A DNA stretch of 64,000 bases from Salinivirgaceae bacterium (lineage in GTDB: Bacteria > Bacteroidota > Bacteroidia > Bacteroidales > SZUA-534), in the NCBI GenBank assembly GCA_050251815.1, contig JBFWMB010000005.1, positions 17,787-81,786 on the forward strand, written 5' to 3'. Below, piece by piece: positions 18,856 to 29,800 of this stretch; positions within the stretch are counted from its first letter, which is position 1; the number at the start of each line of letters is the position of its first letter. Under the pieces are notes generated by a model that was not told where the DNA came from, searched no databases, and worked only from the letters and a program-made list of their open reading frames with translations. The translations under genes and the position numbers were made by a program.

Positions 18856-19082
18856 AGTTTCAAATTTATAGTGAATTAAACCTGTAAAAAAAAACCAACC
18901 TGTTTACATTGGTGATGCAAAGATAAAAAAAGTTCATGCTTTCAAAACATGTTTTTTGCAATGAACAATCAGAAAACATAACCGTTCTACAAGCGAAATT
19001 TAACGTAACCTTTGCTTCTTAATAAAACATTCAGGATTGGCATTCAATGTTTTAAAAGTTTAAAGACGAAAACACAAATATT

Positions 19083-21506
19083 ATGAGTACTACAAATAAA
19101 GCGTTACAGGGTATAGGATTGACAAAGGATGAAGTATTAAGTGATTACAAACTGGCACTCATTAGCCGTAACGTAAGTATTATTGGCCGTCGCGAAGTGT
19201 TGACCGGAAAAGCCAAATTTGGAATCTTTGGCGACGGAAAAGAAATTCCCCAACTGGCTATGGCCAGGCAATTTAAAAATGGTGACTGGCGATCGGGTTA
19301 CTACCGCGACCAAACCTTTATGTTTGCCACAGGCATGTCATCGCCTTTTGAATTCTTTGCCCAATTGTACGGCGACACCAACCTGGAGAACAACCCAAGC
19401 AATGCCGGCCGCTCATTCAACAACCACTGGGGAACCCGCATAATCGATAACGAAGGCAACTGGATTGACCAAACCCAATCAAAAAATACAGCTGCCGATT
19501 TATCGCCCACAGCCGGACAAATGCCCCGGCTTATTGGATTGGGCTACGCCTCGAAACTTTACCGAAACAATCCCGAATTAAAAGGCCTTAAAAAGTTTTC
19601 AGTCAACGGAAACGAAGTAGCTTTTGGTACCATTGGCGATGCCAGCACATCGGAAGGTCATTTTTTTGAAACACTAAATGCTGCCGGAGTATTACAGATT
19701 CCCCTGGCTGTTTCGGTTTGGGACGATGGGTACGGAATTTCCGTTTCGAAAAAATACCAAACCACCAAGGAAAGCATCTCCGAACTTTTGTCCGGGATGG
19801 AACCTACTGCTGACAAAAAAGGGGTTAAAATTTATAAAGCTAAAGGCTGGAATTATCCGGAATTAATTACTATTTACAAAGAAGGCATTGAACAGTGCCG
19901 TACCAATCATCAGCCCACACTGTTCCATATCGAAGAAATTACCCAGCCGCAGGGCCATTCCACATCGGGTTCGCACGAGCGTTACAAATCGAATAAACGA
20001 CTCGAATGGGAAAAAGCATACGACGGTATTGCCCAAATGCGCTTGTGGCTGCTCAACGAAAAAATTGCCAACGAGTCAGAATTAACAACCATTGAAAAAG
20101 AAGCCGAAACCGTGGCCAAAGAGGCCCGGAAAAAAGCCTGGAAAGCGTTTACCGAGCCCATAATCAAAGAAAAAGAATTGTTGCTTTCCATCATCGAAAA
20201 GCGTAACTGCCAATGCAAAACCGAGGGGATTGACAAGGTAGCTTATTACGCCAATCAGTTGCGCAACATTTCGTTTCCCATTCGTAAAGACAATTTTGCC
20301 ACGGCAAAAAAGATACTGCGCCACGTTTGTTCCGATTGCAGCATCCGTAAAGACTTGCAGGCAGAATTAACCCAATGGCTTAGCCGGAATTATGCCGAAA
20401 ACCAGGAACGCTACAGCACCTTTTTACATAACGAACACAGCAAATCGGCACTTAAAGTGAATGCGGTGCCTGCCCTTTATTCCGACAGTTCGCCCCTGGT
20501 AAATGGCCGCGAAATTCTCCGCGATAACTACCATGTACTCTTCCAAAAGGAACCCCGGCTGGTAATTTTTGGTGAAGATACCGGAAAAATCGGCGGTGTA
20601 AACCAAACGCTTGAAGGCTTGCAGGAAAAGTTCGGTGAACTGCGGATTACCGATACCGGAATACGTGAAACAACCATCATCGGCCAGGGAATTGGACTGG
20701 CTATGCGTGGATTGCGCCCCATTGCTGAGATTCAATACTTCGATTATATTTTGTATGGGTTACAAACCATGAGCGACGACCTGGCTACATTAAGCTGGCG
20801 TACCAAAGGCGGACAAATTGCCCCGCTAATCATCAGCACTCGAGGCCATCGCCTCGAAGGAATCTGGCATTCGGGCTCACCATTAAGTATGGTTATTAAT
20901 TCAATCCGTGGAATTTATGTTTGTACACCCCGCAACATGACTCAGGCTGCCGGAATGTACAACACACTGCTCGAGGGCGAAGACCCGGCCTTGGTAATTG
21001 AACCCCTAAACGGATACCGCCTAAAAGAAAAGCGTCCCGACAACCTGGGTGAATTCAAAATTCCTTTGGGAAAACCTGAAATATTAAATTCAGGAAACGA
21101 TGTTACCCTGGTAACCTATGGCTCATGTGTGCGCATTGCCGAAGATGCGGTGGAACAGCTGAAAGAGTTTAATATTTCGGTCGATTTGATTGATGTGCAA
21201 ACCCTGCTCCCTTTCGATTTGGATCAAGTGATTGTTGAATCGATAAAAAAGACTGGAAAAGTTGTGTTCTTTGACGAAGATGTACCCGGAGGTGCCACAG
21301 CCTACATGATGAAAAAAGTGCTGGAAGATCAGAAAGCTTATTTCTATCTGGATGCAGCCCCGAAAACACTTTGCGCAAAAGACCACCGACCGGCTTATGG
21401 AACCGATGGCGATTACATTTCGAATCCGAATGCTGAAGATGTTTTTGAAACCATCTATAATATGATGCATGAAACCAATCCAGTAAAATTCCCAACTCTT
21501 TACTGA
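19083..21506 (+). CDS. Fused 2-oxoacid (branched-chain type) dehydrogenase E1 alpha/beta
   Basis: GKAKFGIFGDGKE, GDASTSEG (TPP-binding), GHSTSGSHERY, DTGIRE, AEIQYFDY and C-terminal transketolase-like domain. Confidence 0.9.
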   Translation: MSTTNKALQGIGLTKDEVLSDYKLALISRNVSIIGRREVLTGKAKFGIFGDGKEIPQLAMARQFKNGDWRSGYYRDQTFMFATGMSSPFEFFAQLYGDTNLENNPSNAGRSFNNHWGTRIIDNEGNWIDQTQSKNTAADLSPTAGQMPRLIGLGYASKLYRNNPELKGLKKFSVNGNEVAFGTIGDASTSEGHFFETLNAAGVLQIPLAVSVWDDGYGISVSKKYQTTKESISELLSGMEPTADKKGVKIYKAKGWNYPELITIYKEGIEQCRTNHQPTLFHIEEITQPQGHSTSGSHERYKSNKRLEWEKAYDGIAQMRLWLLNEKIANESELTTIEKEAETVAKEARKKAWKAFTEPIIKEKELLLSIIEKRNCQCKTEGIDKVAYYANQLRNISFPIRKDNFATAKKILRHVCSDCSIRKDLQAELTQWLSRNYAENQERYSTFLHNEHSKSALKVNAVPALYSDSSPLVNGREILRDNYHVLFQKEPRLVIFGEDTGKIGGVNQTLEGLQEKFGELRITDTGIRETTIIGQGIGLAMRGLRPIAEIQYFDYILYGLQTMSDDLATLSWRTKGGQIAPLIISTRGHRLEGIWHSGSPLSMVINSIRGIYVCTPRNMTQAAGMYNTLLEGEDPALVIEPLNGYRLKEKRPDNLGEFKIPLGKPEILNSGNDVTLVTYGSCVRIAEDAVEQLKEFNISVDLIDVQTLLPFDLDQVIVESIKKTGKVVFFDEDVPGGATAYMMKKVLEDQKAYFYLDAAPKTLCAKDHRPAYGTDGDYISNPNAEDVFETIYNMMHETNPVKFPTLY

Positions 21507-23417
21507 TTAAGCCGTATCGGTTTTTTTCCCTAGAAGCTTGACCAGAAAGAACAGCACTACAATTCCGGCCGGAAAGGTTATCCACGATGGAATTCCCATG
21601 GCTCCGGGTAAAACGCCAATAAAAGCAGCCACTGCACCCACAGTAAGTGCATAGGGCATTTGCGTACGCACGTGTTCTATGTGCGGACATTGGCTGGCCA
21701 GGGAGCTTAGAATTGTTGTATCGGAAATGGGAGAACAATGATCGCCCAAAACCGAACCGGCTAACACATTGGCTACCACATTATAAAAAATAGCCAGTGA
21801 ATTATCGTGGGTAAAGCTAAATTCCTGAGTTATCAGCCAGGTTGCCGGCAGCAAAAGCGGATACAGAATAGCCATGGTTCCCCATGACGAACCCGTACTA
21901 AATGCCACCAGAGCGGCCAAAATAAAAGTTATCAATGGGACCAAAACCGGCGAAAGGCTGGCTTCGACAATCAGGTTTGAAATAAAACTGGCGGTGTGCA
22001 TATGTTCTGTTACCAGGGCAATACTCCAGGCCAGTACCAGAATTACAATGGCAGTTAACATGGTCTTATAACCTTCGACCAGGCTATCGATAGTTTCAGA
22101 AAGGGATAATAGTTTTTGACCCACAGTTAATACTATGGCAACTCCGGCAGCCAGTAACGACGACCAGAGCAATGCCTTGTAAGAATCGGAATTGCCAATA
22201 ATTGTCGATAATTTTGTTGCCCACGAAATCTCAGAATTAGCTACCAATTGGGCATCCCAACCAGTATACAATAATCCGGTAATGGTTCCCACAATTACAA
22301 CAAATACGGGAATAGCCGCATTATACCAGCGGGGCTTAATAAAACTACTTTCACTATTATCAATGCCAGACTCATTTTCCGTTGAAAGGGTATTTCGGGC
22401 GTTAATTTCGGCAAAATACATAAGCCCGTAATCGACTCTGCGATAAATCAGAAAAAAGATAAAAACCAGGGTGAACACCGGATAAAAAGAATAGGCCAGC
22501 GAATTAAAAAACACTTCGTACGGTGACAGGTTTAATCCGATGTGGGATATTCCCGATTGAATGTAACTCAGTTCAGCACCAATCCAAGTGGTAACAAAAG
22601 CTATGGCCGCTACAGGAGCAGCAGTACTATCGACAATATAAGCCAGTTTCTGCCGCGATATTTTTAAACGATCGGTAACGGGCCGCATGGTATTTCCAAC
22701 AACCAGGGTATTGGCATAATCGTCGAAAAAAATGGCAATGCCCAGCAACCAGGTAACCAGTTGACCTGAACGGGCTGTTGTAGCATATTTTGTTAATTTA
22801 TTTACCACACCCTGCATTCCACCGTTTTTAGTAATTATAGCCACCATGCCCCCTATCATCATCGAAAAAACAATAATGGCAATATGCCCGGGATCGCGCA
22901 AGGAATCAATAATATATGTATCGATAATTGATAAAAACCCTTTAGGAATCCCAAGCCAAACAGAACCTGTTTGGTAGGTGAATATAATAGATGTGCCAAC
23001 CAGTATTCCGGTGATTAATGAGGTAATTACCTCGCGAAACATAAGTGCCATCAATATGGCAATTAAAGGTGGTAGTATTGAAAGCCAGAGCGGAATAGGG
23101 TTTACAGGAATGCTTAGCTGATGCTCAGTAATTAGAATTTCACATTTTTTAGTAAACTTATGGTTTAGTGAGCCCTGTCCATTAACCAAATCAATCCGAT
23201 AGACTATATTATCAATACTAACATCCAGAAACAAAAGCGAATCGGCGGGGTAAGTTTTAAAAACTAATTCAGTTTCAATTCCTTTAACAAGAATATCAGG
23301 CATAGTAACTGAAACCCGATTGTTTTGTCCAAACAAATTACCCGTAAGCAAAAGGCCGACAGCAAGTATAATTCCGATTCCCAACTTTTTTGAACTAAAA
23401 TGTGGATAAAATACCAT
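21507..23417 (-). CDS. Na+/H+ antiporter NhaC-family protein with an N-terminal extracytoplasmic domain
   Basis: IFFDDYAN, YIVDSTAAP, FSTGSSWGT, GDHCSPISDTT and HVRTQ.PYA motifs. Confidence 0.9.
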   Translation of the reverse strand: MVFYPHFSSKKLGIGIILAVGLLLTGNLFGQNNRVSVTMPDILVKGIETELVFKTYPADSLLFLDVSIDNIVYRIDLVNGQGSLNHKFTKKCEILITEHQLSIPVNPIPLWLSILPPLIAILMALMFREVITSLITGILVGTSIIFTYQTGSVWLGIPKGFLSIIDTYIIDSLRDPGHIAIIVFSMMIGGMVAIITKNGGMQGVVNKLTKYATTARSGQLVTWLLGIAIFFDDYANTLVVGNTMRPVTDRLKISRQKLAYIVDSTAAPVAAIAFVTTWIGAELSYIQSGISHIGLNLSPYEVFFNSLAYSFYPVFTLVFIFFLIYRRVDYGLMYFAEINARNTLSTENESGIDNSESSFIKPRWYNAAIPVFVVIVGTITGLLYTGWDAQLVANSEISWATKLSTIIGNSDSYKALLWSSLLAAGVAIVLTVGQKLLSLSETIDSLVEGYKTMLTAIVILVLAWSIALVTEHMHTASFISNLIVEASLSPVLVPLITFILAALVAFSTGSSWGTMAILYPLLLPATWLITQEFSFTHDNSLAIFYNVVANVLAGSVLGDHCSPISDTTILSSLASQCPHIEHVRTQMPYALTVGAVAAFIGVLPGAMGIPSWITFPAGIVVLFFLVKLLGKKTDTA

Positions 23418-23422
23418 GTATC

Positions 23423-25840
23423 TTAGTTTTTTAGGAACCTGTTTTTTAAAGCGGTAAATAGCGATTTGCTTTCCTCATCGTCGTCGTAATAACCAGAACC
23501 GTAGCCGTAGCCATAACCGTAACCATAGCCGTAACCGTAGCCATAACCGTAGCCATAGCCATATTTTTTCCCGTAATAGCCCGGTACTTTCACATCGTTT
23601 ATTAAAATGTTAAAATCGGGTATATTGGGTTTCTCGTTCAAATCGTTAATCAGGTCGAGTACATCTTTATGTGAATAGTTCTGGCGAATAACAAACACAT
23701 TGACGTCAGAAAACTGTGCAAACAATAAAGCATCAGATACCAAAGCAATGGGAGGTGTGTCGACTACAATAAAATCGAAATTTGCACGGGCGTAAGTAAC
23801 AAAATCAATCAGCGCCTGCGTTTCGAGCAAGCGGGCCGGATTTGGCGGAACCGGTCCTGAAACCACTACCGATAAACCTTCAACCGAAGTGGGCACAATG
23901 ATATCTTCAATTTTTTCTTTCCCGATTAAGTAAGAACTTAATCCAATGGTATTTTCAATATCGAAATGTCGGTGAATCCGCGGTTTACGTAAATCCATTC
24001 CCACCAGCAGGGTTTTCTTTCCGGTTAAGGCAATAATAGACGCCAGGTTTAGCGAGCAAAAAGTTTTGCCCTCACCACTAATGGTTGAGGTAACGGTAAT
24101 TACTTTTGCATCCTCTTTCAACAACAAATATTGCAGGTTTGTTTTTATGGTTCGGAACGATTCGGAAATGGCTGATTTCGGGTTATCGACCACCACCAGT
24201 TCTGTTTGCTTGCTGTTATGGCCCACTACTCCAAGAATAGGCGCTTTGGTTCGTTCTTCCACATCTTTTTTCGACAATATCTTATTGTTGAAATAATCGC
24301 GAAGAATGATAATGAGGAAAGGAACAAACAAACCAATAACCAATGAAATCATGTAGTTTAGCCGGCTTTTGGGAGCAATTAGTGCAGCCTGTTCAACCCT
24401 TGCTTTATCGAGCACTTTGGCACTGGGGATGTTTGAAGCCATGGTTATACCCGATTCTGCACGTTTTTCGAGCAGGTAGGTATAAATCTGATCGTTCAAA
24501 TCGAATCGGCGCTGAATATTAATTAAGCGTCGCTCGTTCAAAGGCAGTTTTGCAATCTCAACATTTAACACCTTAATTCGTTGCGCTAAATCGTCAATGG
24601 CAATCTGGTTGGTTTGAATCAGATTCTTTACATTTTCTTCAATCATCTTGCGGACTTCGGCTGTTTTGGAATTTAAAATATCCAGTTTGGGATTGCTTTT
24701 TACCGATTGCAGCTGCAAACCCACGCGCTCGGCATTCAGACTGTTTAACTGCATTATCAGATTCACCAGCAATTGGTCGCGCACCCCGACCGATGTGGGA
24801 ACAATTACATGTTCATCATCGCGTTTGCTGTTCAGGTAATCGAGTAGGTATTTGTAATATTTCGATTCAATCAAAAGCACGGCCTTGTCCGATTCCAGTC
24901 GTTCAAACTGGTCGTAGAGGGTTTTTCCCTCCTGCGACAAATCGATAATGCGGTTTTCAGTTCTAAACGCCTGCAGGTTTCCTTCGGCCACACTCAACGA
25001 ATCAACAACAGCACTAATTTGCTCATCGATAAAATGGATGGTATTCAGGGCTATCTGGTTTTTTTCTTCCAATTCGGAACGAATAAACACCTCGGCCAAT
25101 TTATTCAGGTAGCGGGCTTCCTTTTCGGCCACATAGCCGGTAGTTGAAAGCGTAAGTATGGTACCTTCCTCGTCGAACAAGCCAATGCCCAGTTTATTCC
25201 GGTATTGATTGGCCAGGTAATCGAGGTTATTTATGTAGAAATAATACTTGTCGGTGGTTGACTGATGAAAATTCTCCGGATTACGAATGGTGATATTAAA
25301 ACTGAACCAATCGTTTTCAAATTGCTCGCCAAAACTTAATTCTTTTCTGATGGGTTGCTCGGCCTCTATTTCTAAAAGGTATGTATCGGCAGAAAGAATG
25401 CTAACATAAATTGGAACCCCATATTGCTGATAATGATCCGGATTAAGGTTTACCTGGAGGCGATCGGGGCGGTACAATTCCGGATCGCGAATGCGACCGA
25501 TTCCATAGTAGGTTATCTCAAAATCGAGTTCATCGAGCACGGTACGGTTTAAATCGAAGGAACGAAGTATACCAAAATTATTTTTAAGGTTGGTTCCCTG
25601 TTTAAACAATTCGAGTCCTTGAATCATCTCGTCGCTGTAATACGAATTGGAACCCATTTCGCGAATAAGCAAGGTTGAACTCACCTGAAATACCCGGTCG
25701 CTATAGCGATTAATAAGATAAGCGGCCGAAACAGATACAAAAACAGCCAAGGCAAACCAATACCAATTGATTAGTATCTTAAAAATGTATTTTTTAATGT
25801 CGATGGTTTCCTCCTTGTAGATATCGTCGAACTCAGCCAT
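23423..25840 (-). CDS. wzc: Polysaccharide co-polymerase / tyrosine autokinase Wzc
   Basis: Two TM segments, coiled-coil periplasmic domain, ESFRTIKTNL, GEGKTF, DLRKP, DTPP and a C-terminal Tyr cluster. Confidence 0.93.
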   Translation of the reverse strand: MAEFDDIYKEETIDIKKYIFKILINWYWFALAVFVSVSAAYLINRYSDRVFQVSSTLLIREMGSNSYYSDEMIQGLELFKQGTNLKNNFGILRSFDLNRTVLDELDFEITYYGIGRIRDPELYRPDRLQVNLNPDHYQQYGVPIYVSILSADTYLLEIEAEQPIRKELSFGEQFENDWFSFNITIRNPENFHQSTTDKYYFYINNLDYLANQYRNKLGIGLFDEEGTILTLSTTGYVAEKEARYLNKLAEVFIRSELEEKNQIALNTIHFIDEQISAVVDSLSVAEGNLQAFRTENRIIDLSQEGKTLYDQFERLESDKAVLLIESKYYKYLLDYLNSKRDDEHVIVPTSVGVRDQLLVNLIMQLNSLNAERVGLQLQSVKSNPKLDILNSKTAEVRKMIEENVKNLIQTNQIAIDDLAQRIKVLNVEIAKLPLNERRLINIQRRFDLNDQIYTYLLEKRAESGITMASNIPSAKVLDKARVEQAALIAPKSRLNYMISLVIGLFVPFLIIILRDYFNNKILSKKDVEERTKAPILGVVGHNSKQTELVVVDNPKSAISESFRTIKTNLQYLLLKEDAKVITVTSTISGEGKTFCSLNLASIIALTGKKTLLVGMDLRKPRIHRHFDIENTIGLSSYLIGKEKIEDIIVPTSVEGLSVVVSGPVPPNPARLLETQALIDFVTYARANFDFIVVDTPPIALVSDALLFAQFSDVNVFVIRQNYSHKDVLDLINDLNEKPNIPDFNILINDVKVPGYYGKKYGYGYGYGYGYGYGYGYGYGYGSGYYDDDEESKSLFTALKNRFLKN
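23498..23563 (-). repeat. (Tyr-Gly)x11 coding repeat in the Wzc phospho-tyrosine tail
   Basis: Eleven hexamers RCCRTA on the plus strand with mixed synonymous codons. Confidence 0.9.
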
Positions 25841-25843
25841 AAT

Positions 25844-26626
25844 TTAGTACGATATATAAGTTAATAATAGCAATAGGGTAGTAAGTCCGCTAAGTACAAC
25901 ACTTACCGTAGGTGAATTGATGCTGACCATTTTGGCTCGCAAAGGTTTCACATAAATCACATCGCCGGGTTTCAACCAAAAATATTCGCTGGCCATAAAA
26001 TCGGTCGAGGTTAAATCGAGCAATGCGGTTTGCGAACCTGAGACTGTTTTGCGAATCACCAATACCTCTTTGGCGTTGCCGTAATTCGAAATATCGCCGG
26101 CTTTGGCCAGGGCTTCGAGTAAATGTACATCTTTCTTATAAAAAGCATAGGTCGACGGCCTTTGCACCTCACCCAAAACAGAAATCTCATAACTCAACAA
26201 TCGCACATCTACCACCGCACCAATCAGGTATTCGTCGATAATTTTTTGCAGGGTATTGCGGGCCTGTGTAAGCGACTGACCAACCAGATGCACTTTACCG
26301 ATTACCGGCAATTCAATATTTCCTTCATGATCAATCAGGTAACCCTGAATAAAAAGCGACAACTCGTTAAACGTTCCCGACGATGCCGCCGATGATTTTT
26401 TAAAAGATTCGGTCTGTCCCAGTTCCACACCAAAAATATTGATGTAAATATTATCGCCAATTTGCAAAATAATTTCTTCAGGAATAGTATGGTTTACCTG
26501 TAAACCAATAGAGTCATCGCGCTGAAAGGTTTCCTGAAAATAAAGGGTGGTTTTGTAACGGGCGCAGTTACTAAACAGCACACCAGTAAGCAAGAGTAAA
26601 AAGTATAAACGAAAATTCCGATTCAT
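25844..26626 (-). CDS. wza: Polysaccharide export outer-membrane lipoprotein Wza
   Basis: Lipobox FSNC, GNIELPVIG, VLGEV, EALAKAGD and LKPGDVIYV motifs. TATGTTTG -7 element at 26647-26654 (minus). Confidence 0.9.
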   Translation of the reverse strand: MNRNFRLYFLLLLTGVLFSNCARYKTTLYFQETFQRDDSIGLQVNHTIPEEIILQIGDNIYINIFGVELGQTESFKKSSAASSGTFNELSLFIQGYLIDHEGNIELPVIGKVHLVGQSLTQARNTLQKIIDEYLIGAVVDVRLLSYEISVLGEVQRPSTYAFYKKDVHLLEALAKAGDISNYGNAKEVLVIRKTVSGSQTALLDLTSTDFMASEYFWLKPGDVIYVKPLRAKMVSINSPTVSVVLSGLTTLLLLLTYISY

Positions 26627-26838
26627 GGATTTATATTTTCAAAGTACAAACATAAATAACAAATTGATGTAAGCCAATAAAAAAGCAACATAAACAATAA
26701 ATTGCAAGATAGCAGCATTTTTGGTCAATTCAGAACTTCACTTTATCAAAAAAGCAGGCTACACTATTAATATATGTAATATTTCAACTATTTTTGAACT
26801 CGCACGTATATAAGATTCGTAAATTAACTTATTTAGAT

Positions 26839-29800
26839 ATGAAGAGGTTTGGTTTTATTGTTTCCCTTCTAACAAGCATCCTATTTTCTGAAACCATGTA
26901 TGGTCAGGAACCAACAGTTCAGGTTTCTAATTTAGCTGTAACAAATGCTACCCCATCATCAATAACACTCTCCTGGACCAATGGCAATGGAGAAAACACT
27001 CTAATTTTATGCAAAGAAGTTGAATTAACCGTTTATGCAATTCCTGACACTTATAGTTTTTTAGCTGACGCAAATTATGGAGATGGAGATTATTTAACCG
27101 CTACTTCAGGCATGCCTCCAACTACTACTTATAATTATATAGTTTACAACGGCAATGGAAGCAGCATAACCGTGACTGGACTTATGGATGCCACTAAATA
27201 TATGTTTTATGCTGTAACCTATAATGGTAGTGGTGGAACTGAGGACTATTTAAATTCTTATGAAACAAACTACCTTTCTCATTTTTCCTCTCCATTTCAA
27301 GCCTCTGATATTACCTTTTCAAGCATTCAGGCAGATGCTATAACTGCATCCTACACATCTGGTAGCGGGGGCAATCGGATTGTATTGGTAAAAGCTGGTA
27401 GCCCTGTAGATGCTGACCCTGTAGATAATACGCAATACACTGCAAATACTGTTTTTGGTTCCGGACAACAACTGGGTACAGGTAATTACGTGGTGGCAAA
27501 GGGTGATAACAACAGTGTAACAGTAACTGGTTTAACAGCCGGAATTACCTACCATTTTAAAGTTTATGAATATATCTCGGACGGAACCAATCGCGATTAC
27601 CGCACCGATGGTTTCGATGAAGTAACTGATAATCCCAACTCACAGATAACCCTTAAGCCAGAACCCACCACCCAGGCTTCTGATATAAGCTTTACCAGTA
27701 CAGGTTCAAGCGAAGTAAGTTTAACTTGGACTGCCGGAAACGGCGATGGCAGCATGGTAGTTGTACGTGCAGAAGGAACTACCGAGGTTGATCCTGTGGA
27801 CTTTAATGATTATACAGCAAATACCGCTATTGGTAGTGCCGGCACCACCGGGGCTGGTAATTTTGTGGTATTTAAAGGTCTCGGCACCAGCGTAACAGTA
27901 ACCGGTCTTACTCCCGAAACCACCTACCACTTCAAAGTTTACGAATTCAATAACGAAGGTGCACTCTCTAACTATAAAATTGACGGCTATCCTTCCGGTA
28001 CAAATCCAAATTCTACAACTACCCTTAAAGGCCAACCAGCCCAGGCTTCTGAACTGGTTTTTACCAACATTACAGAAAACTCCATGACGGTGAGTTGGAC
28101 CACTGGTGGTGGGGATGGTGCCGTTCTAATTGCACGCGAGGCCAGTGCAATAGCTGATTTCCCCATTGACGGAACACCTTATTCCGGAGATTTGGCATTT
28201 GGTTCCGGAGCCAATCTGGGCAACAACACCTTTGTACTATACAATGGTATAGCCGAAACAGCTGACATTACCGGACTTAGCCTGGGTACCACGTATCACT
28301 TTATGGTATGTGAATATAATAATTCTGGAACTGAAACGGATTACAACACCAACCCGGGAACCAATAATCCCGGCAGTCAGTCCACGCTTAAAACCTTTCC
28401 AACCACTCAGGCAACAGCTATTACAATTACCGACATTCAGGCCAATCAGTTTACGCTAACCTGGACTAACGGCGATGGCGACAATCGGGTGGTTCTAATG
28501 AAGCAGGGTGCTGCAGTAAATGCTATTCCTGCTGATGGGACTAATTATACCGCCAACACGGTTTTTGGTGCCGGAAACCAACTTGGTACAGGTAATTATG
28601 TGGTTTTTAATGGTTCCACCAACAGTGTTACCGTTACCGGACTCGATGCCAACACCAACTATTACGCTAAAGTATTTGAATACAATAATACCGGGACTGA
28701 TATACTTTTTAAAACCGATGATTTTTCAGATTTCAATCCGGCCAGTGCAAAAACACTACCTACGCTTCAAGCTAGCGAACTGGTATTTAGCAATGTGCAA
28801 AACAACTCCATCGATTTAAGCTGGACCCGGGGCAATGGGGATAGTGTATTGGTAGTAGCCAAAGCAGGAACCACCCTGACCGAAACACCCACCGAAGGCA
28901 CAATTTATACTGCCAACGGCACCTTTGAGAGCGGTGAAACAATTGCTCCCGGCGTGTATGTAGTTTATTCGGGAACAGGAACTTCCGTATCCGTAGATGG
29001 TTTAGCAGCCAGCACCGATTACGTTTTTAAAGCCTTTGAATTCAACAATAGTGAACCCTATACTTCCTATTTAAACACCGATGGCAGTAGCAACAATCCG
29101 GCCACACAATCAACCACAGGAGATGAACCTACAACACAAGCCAGCGCTGTTTCATTTGCAAATACAAGCTCGACCCAAACCGACGTGAGCTGGACAGCAG
29201 GAAATGGTGACGGACGCATTGTGCTGGCTTATGAGGGAGATACCCTTTCAGCCCTTCCGGTTGACGGAACTACTTATACCGCCAATGCGATATTTGGAAG
29301 CGGTTCCGAAATAGGAACCGGTAACTTTGTAGTTGCTTTGGGTGATGTTATCTCAGAAACAGTTACCGGACTTACTCCGGAATCAGAATATCAATTCAGG
29401 GTTTTTGAGTATTCAGGTAGTGGTAGTTCTATTAATTACCTTACTTCTGCTGGAAGCGATAACCCAGATAGTGTAACCACACTGGTAGGAAAACCTATTA
29501 TTCAAGCCAGTAATGTTACATATGACCAATTGGATACTGAAAGCTACCGGGTAAATTGGACTCACGGCAGTGGAGACAGTCTTTTGGTTGTTGCCGTTGC
29601 AGGTACGTTTACCACAAGCGAAAATCCGGTGGACGAAACCGATTATGTAGCTGATGCAGCCTTTGGAAGCGGTACACTCATTGGCAGTGGACGTGTTGTT
29701 TACAAAGGAATCTCTGCTGATGGTTCTGTAATTGTTACCAATTTAACAGCGGCCACCAATTATTCTTTTAAGGTATTTGAATACAACTCAATCGGGGGAA

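Noticed and set aside
23498-23563. (YG)11 tract as a slipped-strand phase-variation locus
   Set aside because: The hexamer units keep the frame and use mixed synonymous codons, and Tyr clusters are the normal Wzc autophosphorylation tail.
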